Source of the DNA: Wickerhamiella versatilis
Lineage: Eukaryota
DNA length: 64,000 bases
Direction: 5' to 3'
NCBI GenBank assembly: GCA_030867685.1
Contig: JAQOWU010000008.1
Coordinates: forward strand, 1,364,001-1,428,000
The position numbers were made by a program, and so were the translations under genes. The notes beneath the pieces are model-generated. The model saw only the letters and a list, made by a program, of their open reading frames with translations. It was not told the origin of the DNA and searched no databases. Below, one piece after another: positions 63,390 through 64,000 of the stretch (within the stretch, counting starts at the first letter, position 1; the number at the start of each line of letters is the position of its first letter).

Positions 63390-64000
63390 ATGCCTATGGA
63401 CAGGATCTTCGTGAAGAGATTGGTGCTTCGGGCACTTGTAGGCAAAGATGCTTGGTTTCGCAGCATTCCTCAGCCAGTAAATATTAGTTTTTCAATCCAA
63501 AAATCCCTGAAAGGGCCGGGAGTTCGTGATGACATTGAAGGTAGTGTGGACTATGATATGATATCTCAGAAGATTCAGAACATTTTGGAGAAGAATCATC
63601 ATTCATCTATTTTGAACGCTGCTAATTCAGTCGTTTCAGAGCTTCCTCCTCGATCTATTGTTCAATTGTCCATGCCAAAGGCAGTTCTTCGGGCGAAAGA
63701 GATTGAGGTGGAGCTACCTAGCAACTTGCTTACGATTCGTGGACTGGTGGTTGGTTGTATTGTGGGACTCAATTCTGTTGAGCGTGAACACAAACAAAAT
63801 GTGGTTGTAGACGTTGAACTAAGTCCAATCCCGGATGACCCACACTCAGTAGTTGAGAGTCTCGTCCAGAAAATAGAGCAGAGCTCATTCCTCACCGTTG
63901 AAGCGCTCTCCGAATTCCTTGCTTCATTCGTAATTCGGTCCAATATTGGAAATAAAGTGAAGGTACGAGCTTGTAAGCCGAGTGCTCTAGACTTGGCGGA
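63390..64000 (+). CDS. FOL1: Trifunctional folate synthesis protein, N-terminal tandem dihydroneopterin aldolase domains (3'-truncated; absent from the ORF track)
   Basis: Manual translation: MPMDRIFVKRLVLRALVGKDAW...PQPV...DDIEGSVDY...MPKAVLRA...IVGLNSVEREHKQNVVVDV...SSFLTVEALS...KPSA, open to the window end. In-frame ATGs at 63372, 63390 and 63396. Confidence 0.88.
   Translation, partial: MPMDRIFVKRLVLRALVGKDAWFRSIPQPVNISFSIQKSLKGPGVRDDIEGSVDYDMISQKIQNILEKNHHSSILNAANSVVSELPPRSIVQLSMPKAVLRAKEIEVELPSNLLTIRGLVVGCIVGLNSVEREHKQNVVVDVELSPIPDDPHSVVESLVQKIEQSSFLTVEALSEFLASFVIRSNIGNKVKVRACKPSALDLA

Noticed and set aside
1-64000. Many 60-150 aa ORFs antisense or out of frame within conserved genes (e.g. 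2579-2926, 24289-24696, 43115-43492, 61988-62434)
   Set aside because: They are shadows of real CDSs, mostly with non-ATG starts and no recognisable motifs.
1-64000. Transposons, LTRs, CRISPR arrays, rRNA or a bacterial operon
   Set aside because: No transposase/RT/integrase ORFs, long repeats or repeat-spacer arrays were seen. Only one bacterial-looking gene is present, flanked by clearly fungal genes, which also argues against contamination.

Overview
Gene-dense (about 47 protein-coding genes in 64 kb), essentially intron-free eukaryotic DNA from an ascomycete budding yeast. CTG occupies conserved Leu positions in histone H4 (L58, L84), which argues against the CUG-Ser clade. Very short intergenic spacers, shortened proteins and a bacterial-looking gene fit a Wickerhamiella/Starmerella-type genome, but that is inference only. 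Most genes are housekeeping orthologues (HRD3, PRE10, SEM1, CWC24, RPT5, ATG13, SAP30, CUE1/4, CAC2, CPR6, AMD1, SOL, CPD1, ERB1, KGD1, TIF34, OPY2, CTR, PPM1, HOM2, ATG10, MSL1, GOS1, HEM14, MIS1/ADE3, VPS70, ATX1, LRO1, ARO2, FYV8, IES6, COQ6, TMS1, partial FOL1), plus an intron-containing tRNA-Lys(CUU). Four things stand out. (1) A solo, intact, codon-optimised histone H4 with a canonical N-terminal tail but many radical substitutions in the normally invariant histone fold (E53H, E63H, N/S64K, V70Y, H75Y, Q93N, C-terminal GTK) and a TGATG-rich upstream region: a candidate yeast H4 variant. (2) A HapX/Hap43 iron regulator that keeps the Hap4-like motif and Cys-rich regions but has no bZIP. 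(3) A proteobacterial-type Nudix hydrolase, a horizontal transfer candidate. (4) Extreme compaction, with overlapping convergent CDSs and 43-70 bp bidirectional spacers. Gene names come from motif recognition, not database searches. Where the ORF track starts at a non-ATG codon, the first plausible ATG is given.
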